NCBI GenBank assembly: GCA_964594755.1
Contig: CAZQMO010000003.1
Location: 2,516-66,515 of the forward strand
DNA from: an uncultured Candidatus Saccharibacteria bacterium
Lineage (GTDB): Bacteria > Patescibacteriota > Doudnabacteria > UBA920
DNA length: 64,000 nt
Reading direction: 5' to 3'
Both the position numbers and the translations under genes were made by a program. This document shows, in pieces, positions 47,941 to 56,341 of the stretch (position 1 is the first letter of the stretch; each line of letters opens with the position of its first letter). The notes under the pieces are model-generated. The model had not been told where the DNA came from, made no database searches, and saw only the letters and a list, made by a program, of their open reading frames with translations.

Positions 47941-49707
47941 CTAAGGCAATATGATATAAGTACCATCAACTTTAGCCCAACTACCACCTGGACCATTAGA
48001 AAAAGTAGCACTGGCTAAACCTGATTGATAGGTAATAGTGGAGTTATTGCTCATATTTATTCCGTAACCCGTCAGTTGTGATGCGCCAGCATTATTCGAA
48101 ACCATAATATATCCGCTGGTAGTGTAATAGATTGCACCAGCAGTGTTATTGCTTAAATTGATGGCTCCCGAACCACTCTTAGCTGAGATTACTAGAGGAA
48201 AACTGTTTGGAAAATTATTCCCAACAATCTGCGCATTATTGGAAATTGTGATAGCACCAGAACCGGAAGGATTATCAGGATTGTCGGCCAGTAACACGGT
48301 CCCATTATTACCCAGACTGGCATCAATTCTCACAAAAGAATTATTACTTAAATTAATATTTCCTTTAACCCAAACCGGACCAGTTAAATACAACACGGAA
48401 TTATTTGATAGCGTTAAATTACCATTGATATATAACGGACCAATTGTCTGAGTAGAGCCACCAGAAATATTATAGTCACCATTATGAGTTCCACCACTTT
48501 GCGCTACTGCCTTCCATTCATCTATTTGCGCTTGAGAGATAGGCATATTTTGTTTAGGCGAGTCCGGGGTACCCGAATAACTATTACCCGAAACACTACA
48601 TGAATTCGATGATGCATAATACGCATCCCCTCCAATACTACAACTTGGTCCAATTAAAGTATTTGCTCTCACATTTCCTGTTACATTAACGCTTTGTAAG
48701 CTAGTGGTAACTCCACCAATATAAATTTGGAAATTAGCATCACGATTAATCGCGGTCCAAGGTGGTGACGACCAGCTACTTGCATGCTTTGCAGTTCCAT
48801 TCGTACAACCATCAGCAGCATCCACGGCCCAACTGTAATAGTTACTCGTACTACTTGAAGTATCTAGTACCAACCAATAATTAGTACCGGCGGTAAGGTT
48901 AGGTGAACTAGAAAAGGTAGCGTTAATCCAACCATAACTCGTAGTAACCGAGGAGCTGGTGATAGTACCCGAACCTCCTACTTGACTAGAACTTGGTGAA
49001 CCACTGCTATCAGTAGTAACTCGAACTGTAATATTGCTAGGTGAACCGGTTTTTTTTAGATAAACACTTACCTGGGTTAACGGACCGCTAATAGTTGGGG
49101 TAAATCTTTGGGCAACATCGCGGCGGCTTGTTGCATTAAAGTCAAAATTGCCATTATTAGTGTTACACTGTTGGTCTAAAGTTGGTGAACCTCCCCCTGC
49201 TACAGTAGCATCGCCACTAATAGTAGCGGCCCAGCCAGAGATATTACCATTAGAGTAAACATTACCGTTCACAATGGAGTTATTATTCATCACTAACCCA
49301 CCTTCTCCGACTTGCACACCAAAGTTAAAAGCCACGCTCGACAGATCAATACTTACGTTCATCTTTACACTCACCTGAACCTGTGGATCGCTCATGGAAG
49401 GTATATATCCAGTGGACAAAATTTGTTTGTTATTCGAATCAATAGTAGTGACAGTAGTAGTATATTCCCCTGGACCAAGGGTATCTGACTCCCCGTTAAA
49501 TGAAGAATCATTATTTAGCTCTGCGATAGCTTTATCAATGCCAGCCTCTGCTAACTGCAAAGCCTGACTGCGTTCTACTGCCTGACGACTAGCCTTCACT
49601 TGAATATGGGTGTATCCCCAAAGTGAGGCGGACATGGTCATTAAAATAGACATAATTACTATACCCAGAATTAAGACCTGACCTTGTTGCGATTGCATAT
49701 GTGTCAT
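47941..49707 (-). CDS. PilX_N-domain pilus-associated protein with Asn/Ser-rich beta-helix-like body
   Basis: 588 aa. N-terminal TM plus PilX_N-like segment (GQVLILGIVIMSILMTMSASLW...LQLAEAGIDKAIAELN), then repetitive N/S/G-rich sequence. Confidence 0.55.
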   Translation of the reverse strand: MTHMQSQQGQVLILGIVIMSILMTMSASLWGYTHIQVKASRQAVERSQALQLAEAGIDKAIAELNNDSSFNGESDTLGPGEYTTTVTTIDSNNKQILSTGYIPSMSDPQVQVSVKMNVSIDLSSVAFNFGVQVGEGGLVMNNNSIVNGNVYSNGNISGWAATISGDATVAGGGSPTLDQQCNTNNGNFDFNATSRRDVAQRFTPTISGPLTQVSVYLKKTGSPSNITVRVTTDSSGSPSSSQVGGSGTITSSSVTTSYGWINATFSSSPNLTAGTNYWLVLDTSSSTSNYYSWAVDAADGCTNGTAKHASSWSSPPWTAINRDANFQIYIGGVTTSLQSVNVTGNVRANTLIGPSCSIGGDAYYASSNSCSVSGNSYSGTPDSPKQNMPISQAQIDEWKAVAQSGGTHNGDYNISGGSTQTIGPLYINGNLTLSNNSVLYLTGPVWVKGNINLSNNSFVRIDASLGNNGTVLLADNPDNPSGSGAITISNNAQIVGNNFPNSFPLVISAKSGSGAINLSNNTAGAIYYTTSGYIMVSNNAGASQLTGYGINMSNNSTITYQSGLASATFSNGPGGSWAKVDGTYIILP

Positions 49708-50276
49708 ATATTTCGTAAAAATATTGTTTGTTGCAAGTTAACTGTCACAGATTGATTACCACGATAATACGACCGGGTGGTTAAATTAATTGACACCTGA
49801 CTCGCTGCAGTTGGTGAAGGATTGTTATATGTTAAAGAAAAGGTTTCTAAGCTACCGGTGAGTAATTTAGTACTAGCTGGTCGGTCACTACCAACAGCTG
49901 GATCAATAATCTGATACAAACTCACTCCATCAGCAGTATAGACAATATAATCCGAGCTGCCAGAAATTAAATTGCCACTGCTATCGTAGGATGGTACTTG
50001 CACAATAACTGTAGAACTACTAGTGGAATAATCTGTACCACCGATATTCCGGCTGGCAACGATAGCGCTACCCTGGGCAAGACCAAAAGTCAAAGCGTTC
50101 ATAGCATTACGAGCACTACCAGTTGCTGCTATTTCTGCCTGCTCTAAATTGTAAACCTTTTGCTGCCAATCAAACATGTTGAGCAGTCCGAGAAGTAATA
50201 CTGCCATCAAAAAAATCACTATAATCATTTCAAACAAAGTAAACCCATTTTGTTTGTTTAGGCGGCCCAAAGTCAT
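49704..50276 (-). CDS. type IV pilin-like minor pilin/pseudopilin
   Basis: 190 aa. Prepilin cleavage/methylation motif GFTLFEMIIVIFLMAVLLLGL. Confidence 0.7.
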   Translation of the reverse strand: MTLGRLNKQNGFTLFEMIIVIFLMAVLLLGLLNMFDWQQKVYNLEQAEIAATGSARNAMNALTFGLAQGSAIVASRNIGGTDYSTSSSTVIVQVPSYDSSGNLISGSSDYIVYTADGVSLYQIIDPAVGSDRPASTKLLTGSLETFSLTYNNPSPTAASQVSINLTTRSYYRGNQSVTVNLQQTIFLRNI

Positions 50277-50671
50277 TTACCTAATCCTCCCTGCCATAAA
50301 TAAGTTGATAGACTAATCTGTTGGTTACCACTTGCTGAAGGATTACGCCAACTAACTGTCACAGTAGCTTGAGATAAACCAGTACTGATCTCACTAATAT
50401 CTAAACTGGCTGAACCTTGCGGTATAGAATTTAACTGACTATTGGTAAGTGGGCCTGACGAAGGTAGATTAGCGTAAGGAGTTGTGCGTAGCGCCTGTAA
50501 TTCATGTTCGGCCACCCTTAATGCAACCTCTTTATACCGGTTGTACTTGTTAAGAACTACTGCATTAGAAACAATGGCAAACATCAGTAAGGTTACGCCA
50601 ATAATGAATAAGGTCACCACGACTTCAAGGATTCCAAATCCTCGCTGCTGATTGTGATTTTTGATTAGCAC
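50273..50671 (-). CDS. type IV pilin-like minor pilin
   Basis: 132 aa. Prepilin motif RGFGILEVVVTLFIIGVTLLMFAIV. Confidence 0.7.
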   Translation of the reverse strand: MLIKNHNQQRGFGILEVVVTLFIIGVTLLMFAIVSNAVVLNKYNRYKEVALRVAEHELQALRTTPYANLPSSGPLTNSQLNSIPQGSASLDISEISTGLSQATVTVSWRNPSASGNQQISLSTYLWQGGLGK

Positions 50672-50789
50672 TTTTGTTTCCTAAGTAAATTCTCTCTATA
50701 TAATACCACAAAATCAGCCTAAAATCTAAGCTTTACTAGGTTGAATTATTTGTCAGATTTTGTTAAACTGTCTAAGTAAAATTGAATAT

Positions 50790-50840
50790 TCGGGAGTAGC
50801 TCTCCGCCAGCTGGCGGAGGTAGAGCTATCGGTGTATAAC
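50790..50840 (+). pseudogene. degenerate 5' fragment of tRNA-Asn (acceptor 5' strand, D-arm with inserted palindrome, anticodon 5' stem/loop)
   Basis: TCGGGAGTAGCTC[tccgccagctggcgga]GGTAGAGCTATCGGtgtataac matches positions 1 to about 38 of the tRNA at 51091, with a 16-nt palindromic insertion in the D-loop. It diverges after the anticodon loop. Confidence 0.55.
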
Positions 50841-50848
50841 AGTCTCTT

Positions 50849-51100
50849 ATGTATACCGTTTATGCAATCTACAATCGAAAACATGATAAAATCTACATTG
50901 GACAAACTCAGAACCTCAAAGAAAGGTTAAGGTTGCACCAATCCAAAATTTTCTTAGGATACACGTCACGGTACGATGGTAAATGGGAACTGATTTACCG
51001 TGAGTCATCTGCGACCAGACAGGATGCCTTGATAAGAGAAAAACAATTGAAAAGTTACCGAGGTAGGGTATTTATCAAACAATTTATTAATCGGGAGTAG
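50849..51100 (+). CDS. GIY-YIG domain nuclease (small, UPF0213/YhbQ-like)
   Basis: 83 aa. GIY-YIG motif YTVYAIYNRKHDKIYIGQTQNLKERLRLH. The last three codons (NRE-stop) are encoded by the 5' end of tRNA-Asn. Confidence 0.75.
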   Translation: MYTVYAIYNRKHDKIYIGQTQNLKERLRLHQSKIFLGYTSRYDGKWELIYRESSATRQDALIREKQLKSYRGRVFIKQFINRE

Positions 51101-51165
51101 CTCAGCGGTAGAGCTATCGGCTGTTAACCGATCGGTCCTGGGTTCGAATCCCAGCTCCCGAGCCA
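51091..51165 (+). tRNA. tRNA-Asn (anticodon GTT)
   Basis: Cloverleaf: acceptor TCGGGAG/CTCCCGA, D-arm GCTC-AGCGGTA-GAGC, anticodon arm ATCGG-CTGTTAA-CCGAT, T-arm CTGGG-TTCGAAT-CCCAG, discriminator G and CCA encoded. A terminator hairpin (51172..51196) lies downstream. Confidence 0.9.
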
Positions 51166-52848
51166 AGATAGAACATCAACATCAGAGTTGGTGTTTTTTC
51201 TTTTATTTACAACACGCTTTCCAGGTTCTAACTTGTCGTTATCATCTTCTTGTTCAAATACAGCTTTCTCAATCAATTTAAATGGTTGGGGTGCGTCTAT
51301 GCTAAGTATTCCGTCTTTCAGGACAATGTTCTGACCTAACGCTTTCAGAATAGCCTTCTGACGCTTTAAATCCTTACTCTTACGTGCTTCTTCAAACGAT
51401 GCCGAAGCTTTGCAAGCAAATGTTAATGTTTGCTCTGCAACTTCAAGCCATTGGTTCGGATTTGAATCCTCCTTATTGAGTTGTTCAAAATATCGCTGTT
51501 TATCCTTTTCTAATACAACCTTTTTATCCGCAAATTCTGCCTCATTAATCTCACCGCTAATTCTGAGGTCTAACAGCTTATCCAACTTTTTTACTGTCTC
51601 GTCATAAATGTTCTGCTGATTCTGTTTGATGCTTACCTGTGACTGATGCTGTAATTCATTCGATGCCCTCAAATGTTTAATGCCCCAATCTAAATATTTC
51701 TGATTTATTGTGATGCGCTTCAAATAACTTGCAATCTGACTTTCTAAATCCTCAGCTAAAATTGTCTTTTGGGAGCACTTATAATTTAGCTTTCGTTTAG
51801 TGCAGTGGTAATACTCATAATGAAGGCGCTTGGCAGTAACCATTTCCTCTATTTTTGATTTGCACTTGGGACACTCCGACTTGTTTTCGTAAGCAAACTT
51901 AAACTTGCACTCAGAGCAAATCAGCTGGTTCTTTATTTCAGCTGTTATCTGACAACCACATTCACCGCATAATATCTGACCCGTAAAAGCGAACTCTCTA
52001 TTTCTTGGTCTTGGTTTACCCTTGCCTCCTAATAATTCTTGAACTCTTTCAAACTCAGCTTTCGTAATCATGGGTTCGTGCGCTCCCTTAAACCACTCTC
52101 CACTGCCTTTTGGAAACTCAAACTCCCCGTAGTAAAACTCATTCGTGAAAATCTTATACAGAGCACTTAGTGATAACGGATTGTTACCGACCTTCCTCCG
52201 TTTCATTGTCCTGTAACCCCACTTGTTGTTAGCGGTATGCCAAATCTGCCTGACTGTATAATTTTCACTTAGCATCATGTCCCACATCCTTCTAACCATT
52301 ACAAACCTTACAGGGTCTCTTACTATAATTTTCGTGCCTTTCTGGCGGTCAGGCGTATTATCGTATCCACTCGGAGCAACCCCTGTTATCCAGCCATCTA
52401 AAACTTTCCTTCTAAAACCTCGCTTCACATTGTCAGACAAGTCCCGAACAAATTGGTTTGCCATGCCAAGCTCTACTGCCATCGTTAGCACATTATCTGA
52501 AGGCTTATAAACACTACTCAGGCTTTGGATTTGTTTAATTACCGATGTCTGTAACATCCAACTAACCCTGCCGCCGTCTATCGGGTTTCTGGAAAGGCGG
52601 TCTAATTTCCAACATAATATTCCCTGTGCCTCACCTTGTTCAATCCTGTCCAACACTTGGGCAAAAAGTGGGCGCCCTGGTTTTGTTGCTGACCTCTCTT
52701 CACTCACTACATCAATGACATTGAGCTCCATTCTATTTGCAAATACTTTAAGCTCTTCAATCTGAGATTCAACAGAAAGAACCTGACGGTCTTCCGCCTC
52801 GCTACTTTTTCGTGCATACAGAATGTATTTGATGGCTTCATTTTTCAT
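51124..52848 (-). CDS. large serine recombinase (resolvase/invertase N-domain + recombinase domain + zinc ribbon + coiled coil)
   Basis: 574 aa. Catalytic N-domain (YILYARKSSEAEDRQVLSVESQ...WKLDRLSRN) and a Cys4 zinc ribbon (CGECGC...CSECKFK..CPKCKSK). The last 14 codons (LSWLGSWDSNPGPIG) are antisense to the tRNA-Asn T-arm and acceptor, and the terminal codons before that overlap the tRNA's terminator hairpin. Confidence 0.85.
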   Translation of the reverse strand: MKNEAIKYILYARKSSEAEDRQVLSVESQIEELKVFANRMELNVIDVVSEERSATKPGRPLFAQVLDRIEQGEAQGILCWKLDRLSRNPIDGGRVSWMLQTSVIKQIQSLSSVYKPSDNVLTMAVELGMANQFVRDLSDNVKRGFRRKVLDGWITGVAPSGYDNTPDRQKGTKIIVRDPVRFVMVRRMWDMMLSENYTVRQIWHTANNKWGYRTMKRRKVGNNPLSLSALYKIFTNEFYYGEFEFPKGSGEWFKGAHEPMITKAEFERVQELLGGKGKPRPRNREFAFTGQILCGECGCQITAEIKNQLICSECKFKFAYENKSECPKCKSKIEEMVTAKRLHYEYYHCTKRKLNYKCSQKTILAEDLESQIASYLKRITINQKYLDWGIKHLRASNELQHQSQVSIKQNQQNIYDETVKKLDKLLDLRISGEINEAEFADKKVVLEKDKQRYFEQLNKEDSNPNQWLEVAEQTLTFACKASASFEEARKSKDLKRQKAILKALGQNIVLKDGILSIDAPQPFKLIEKAVFEQEDDNDKLEPGKRVVNKRKNTNSDVDVLSWLGSWDSNPGPIG

Positions 52849-52878
52849 ATCGCAACAAATCGTATCAGGTCTTAGGTT

Positions 52879-53097
52879 CTAATCAAGTCTATCTTCCTGT
52901 CTAACCTGTCGAACAAACCATAGACCATAAGTTAAACCTGAAAAATTATCGACTATAAACATTTCGGCTTCCTCTATACTCCCGAACCTTTTGTCAAAGC
53001 ACAGGTAAGCACCGCTCCATACACGGCACACCACTTCAAACTCGAAGTTTTCTGTTATGGGCACATATCTCAACTTAGTTGGTTTTTTTCGCTTCAT
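52879..53097 (-). CDS. hypothetical protein (mobile-element cargo)
   Basis: 72-aa ORF in the operon with the recombinase. Confidence 0.45.
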   Translation of the reverse strand: MKRKKPTKLRYVPITENFEFEVVCRVWSGAYLCFDKRFGSIEEAEMFIVDNFSGLTYGLWFVRQVRQEDRLD

Positions 53098-53100
53098 ATT

Positions 53101-53250
53101 TCACTCCATACGGCCATCATAGACAGCCTTAATTGCTCTTAAAACGGTCTCTGCTGCCTTTTTCAGCTCTGCATCGGTCAGCATTACTCCGTTATGTTCT
53201 TCCGCCCAAATCTGGGCGAATTCTTTTATCGCTTCATCGCTTATTTTCAT
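53101..53250 (-). CDS. small hypothetical protein (49 aa), unannotated
   Basis: Minus-strand ATG at 53250, translating to MKISDEAIKEFAQIWAEEHNGVMLTDAELKKAAETVLRAIKAVYDGRME*. The stop is 3 nt before the next ATG, and the start overlaps the upstream ORF by 4 nt (ATGA). Confidence 0.35.
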   Translation of the reverse strand: MKISDEAIKEFAQIWAEEHNGVMLTDAELKKAAETVLRAIKAVYDGRME

Positions 53251-53480
53251 TCCTTTTTAGTGTTAAAATTGTCCAAATTGTCCACTTGGTTGGAGTTTTT
53301 ATTGTCAGAATTGTCAGGTTTGTCAGTTTTTGGCTCTAATAGGTGTTCTGTCAGAAACAGATTCCAAGACAACCCTGATTTAGCCCTAAGCCGCTTCAGT
53401 GCCTCCCATGTATTTAGTGGTAAACGAATACTCCTGTTTGTGTATTGCTCATTTCTCATATACGCCATTACCATAGCCAT
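53247..53480 (-). CDS. ribbon-helix-helix-like small DNA-binding protein (tentative)
   Basis: 77 aa. SIRLPLNTWEALKRLRAKSGLSWN resembles RHH/CopG-type beta-strand-helix-helix. It is the first gene of the recombinase operon. Confidence 0.45.
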   Translation of the reverse strand: MAMVMAYMRNEQYTNRSIRLPLNTWEALKRLRAKSGLSWNLFLTEHLLEPKTDKPDNSDNKNSNQVDNLDNFNTKKE

Positions 53481-53864
53481 TACATATCAACATTCAGGCG
53501 CCACTTTTCCCTCTGATATCTAATAGCGATGGAATTAAATAGATTTATGAATGGTTAGAAGTTTAATCCATTACGAGGCATATCAGATGGCTGGGCAAGA
53601 GTGGCCAACTTGTTTTCCCAGCTTTCGCATATGACCCTTAATGACGGTAGGACTATGTTTTACAAGTAAGTCGCTAAGAAACTTGGTTTTAACCATTTTT
53701 TAAAACAACAACCCGTTAGCGAAAGACGACTTAACGCTGAACGGGTTGCTATTCTGTGTCGTCTTTCGAATTGCACTGCAAAAATAAAAATGCAGTGTTA
53801 TAACTGCATTCTTACATCAACTACCTATGGTTTATAGACACATTGATTGACCCTCAATGAATGT

Positions 53865-54464
53865 CTATCGAGTCTTGTTTCTTTTCCTGTAGACCCTTGC
53901 TTTAACAGCACCAGACCAATCCTTACGCTTCGATGGAGGTGGAACTTTTTTTGCCACCAGGATTTCTTTATATCCTTTGCCTTGTTTTTTACCCCATTCA
54001 GCCAAAAGCTTTTCGGTTGTCTCTGGGTCTCTTTCTGGTTGTATTTTCTTTCTCGTTCCTGGTATATGTGCGGGTGTCACTATGAACCATTTTTTCAAAA
54101 GGTAGTCTAAATCTCGTTGGGCAATGCCATAGTAAAAACGCCATTCAGTATAACCCCCATTGTCACGATTAACTCGTTTCAAAAAACCGATGAACGGGTG
54201 ACCCATATCAGGCTCAATGACTTCATTGCTTTCGATGTAGTCGGCAAGTATTTTATGCCACCAATAAGTGTTTGGTAATTTTAGCTCATCGATTAGCTTT
54301 ACTACATCCCGCTCAAAGCTAATCTTCTTCCTGCCAAGCTCATTGTAAGGCTTATTGTATTTGGCTCTAATTTCTTTAACTCCACTTTCGAAAGCACGCG
54401 ACCCAACCAAACTCCGAAATAATTTTAAACCTCTGCCAGCGAGGTTATTGTCGTCTTTTTTCAT
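53865..54464 (-). CDS. basic hypothetical protein (mobile-element cargo)
   Basis: 199 aa with a Lys/Arg-rich C-terminus. No motif recognised. Confidence 0.5.
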   Translation of the reverse strand: MKKDDNNLAGRGLKLFRSLVGSRAFESGVKEIRAKYNKPYNELGRKKISFERDVVKLIDELKLPNTYWWHKILADYIESNEVIEPDMGHPFIGFLKRVNRDNGGYTEWRFYYGIAQRDLDYLLKKWFIVTPAHIPGTRKKIQPERDPETTEKLLAEWGKKQGKGYKEILVAKKVPPPSKRKDWSGAVKARVYRKRNKTR

Positions 54465-54665
54465 AGGCCAATGATAACAGAAAGTCCAAACACCTGCGAG
54501 CCGATTTTACCCATAATTATTAACTTTTTTCACTACATTCCCATATACTTCGGCATATACTTTTTGCCCAAAAAAGCTTATAATAAAGCATATATCACAA
54601 GTTTAGTTTCTGAGCTTTAACTTTCAAAGAAATACCTGAAGCAGTCATTCTATCGATTTAATACT

Positions 54666-56339
54666 ATGCCAAAAAATTACGAAAACTGGGACAAAGAACA
54701 ACTTATTAACGAATTGAAACAACTTAGTAAGCGGAAAAAATATGGATTGGTTTGGGAGGACAAGCCAGAAGATGTAGTGGAGCAATGTAAATCAGAGCTT
54801 CCCGTGCTAAAAGAGGTTCGTAATAAAGCCATAAGCAAAAATAAATCAGGGGCTCAAAATATAATAATCGAAGGTGATAATTACCACGCTTTGTCAGTCC
54901 TCAATTACACACATCAGGGCAAGATTGATGTAATTTACATTGACCCCCCTTACAACACTGGCGCTAAGGATTGGAAATACAACAACGACTATGTGGACAT
55001 AAACGATGGCTATAGACACAGTAAATGGCTTTCAATGATGAGCAGTCGTCTTCGACTTGCTAAAAATCTTCTTAAGAAGAATGGAGTGCTCATATGTGCA
55101 ATAGACGAAAATGAGCTGGCACATCTGGGTGTTCTATTAGAAGAAATTTTTATAAATAAGCAGATAACCCCAGTAACGGTTGTGCATAATCCCAGTGGGA
55201 TTCAAGGAAAAAATTTTTCAAACAATAACGAGTTTTTATATTTTGTTTATGACGGCAAGAAAAAAAGTATCGCTTTAGAAGAGCGAGATGATGACGCAGC
55301 AGATGTTAGACCTTTTATCAATGGAGCTAAGGGAAATTCCAAAGGTTATTTAAGAGAGTCTGGCAATAATTCTTTTTATCCGATTTTAGTTCAGGATAAT
55401 AGAGTTATTGGTTTTGGTGATGTTTGCGACATAAATTTTCACCCTGGCTCACGGGTAATAAAAAAGGGGGAGGTTTCCGAGGTTTACCCTGTTGACGGTG
55501 ACGGTATTGAAAGAAAATGGCTTTTTTCTCGAAACTCGGTTGAGGAAATAATCAATGAACTAAGTGTCAAGATAAACTCTAAAACTAAAGAGCCTCAAAT
55601 CATCCGCACAAAAAATAGAATTAATTATAAGACAGTTTGGACTTCCTCGAAGTTTAACGCAAAAAAATACGGAACAGAATTAGTTAAGCACCTTCTCAAT
55701 AAGGATTTCCCGTTCCCTAAATCCGTATTTGCAGTGAGAGAAGCACTCAAAGCAGTAATACATCCGCAAGACGCACTAATACTTGATTTTTTTGCCGGGT
55801 CTGGCACCACAGGACACGCTGTAGCTCTGATGAACAAAGAAGACGGAGGTCAGAGAAGATTTATTTTATGCACTAACAATGAAGGCAATATAGCAACAGA
55901 GATAACTTATCCTCGTATCAAGGCGGTAATAGAGGGGCATAAATCATTACCAGAAATCACAAATGTGCCCAGTAACTTGAGGTATTATAAAACGAGCTTT
56001 GTCGGTGCTGGGCCTACTGATAAAAATAAAGTTTCTCTAACCAAGCAAGCTGTAGAAATGCTTTGTTTGAAAGAAAACATTTTTGACCCTATCAAAGAAA
56101 CTGACGAGATTAAGATATATAATAACCAAGGCAAATATTTAGGTGTCGCGTTAAGCGAGGATGATATCCCATTGCTAAAAAAGGAGATAAAGAAGCTTGG
56201 TGGCGAGTGGAGTGTATATGTTTTTTCATTGACTGACGATAATTACGAAGATGAATTCGCAGATTTATCTGACTTGGTTTCTGTAACACCAATACCAGAA
56301 GCTATTTTAAGAGTCTACCGAAGAATATTTAAGCGATAA
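54666..56339 (+). CDS. mod: Type III restriction-modification system methyltransferase (Mod), beta-class N6A/N4C MTase
   Basis: 557 aa. Motif IV IYIDPPYNTG precedes motif I LDFFAGSGTTGHA, the beta-class order. Directly followed by a helicase-type Res gene. Confidence 0.8.
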   Translation: MPKNYENWDKEQLINELKQLSKRKKYGLVWEDKPEDVVEQCKSELPVLKEVRNKAISKNKSGAQNIIIEGDNYHALSVLNYTHQGKIDVIYIDPPYNTGAKDWKYNNDYVDINDGYRHSKWLSMMSSRLRLAKNLLKKNGVLICAIDENELAHLGVLLEEIFINKQITPVTVVHNPSGIQGKNFSNNNEFLYFVYDGKKKSIALEERDDDAADVRPFINGAKGNSKGYLRESGNNSFYPILVQDNRVIGFGDVCDINFHPGSRVIKKGEVSEVYPVDGDGIERKWLFSRNSVEEIINELSVKINSKTKEPQIIRTKNRINYKTVWTSSKFNAKKYGTELVKHLLNKDFPFPKSVFAVREALKAVIHPQDALILDFFAGSGTTGHAVALMNKEDGGQRRFILCTNNEGNIATEITYPRIKAVIEGHKSLPEITNVPSNLRYYKTSFVGAGPTDKNKVSLTKQAVEMLCLKENIFDPIKETDEIKIYNNQGKYLGVALSEDDIPLLKKEIKKLGGEWSVYVFSLTDDNYEDEFADLSDLVSVTPIPEAILRVYRRIFKR

Positions 56340-56341
56340 TT

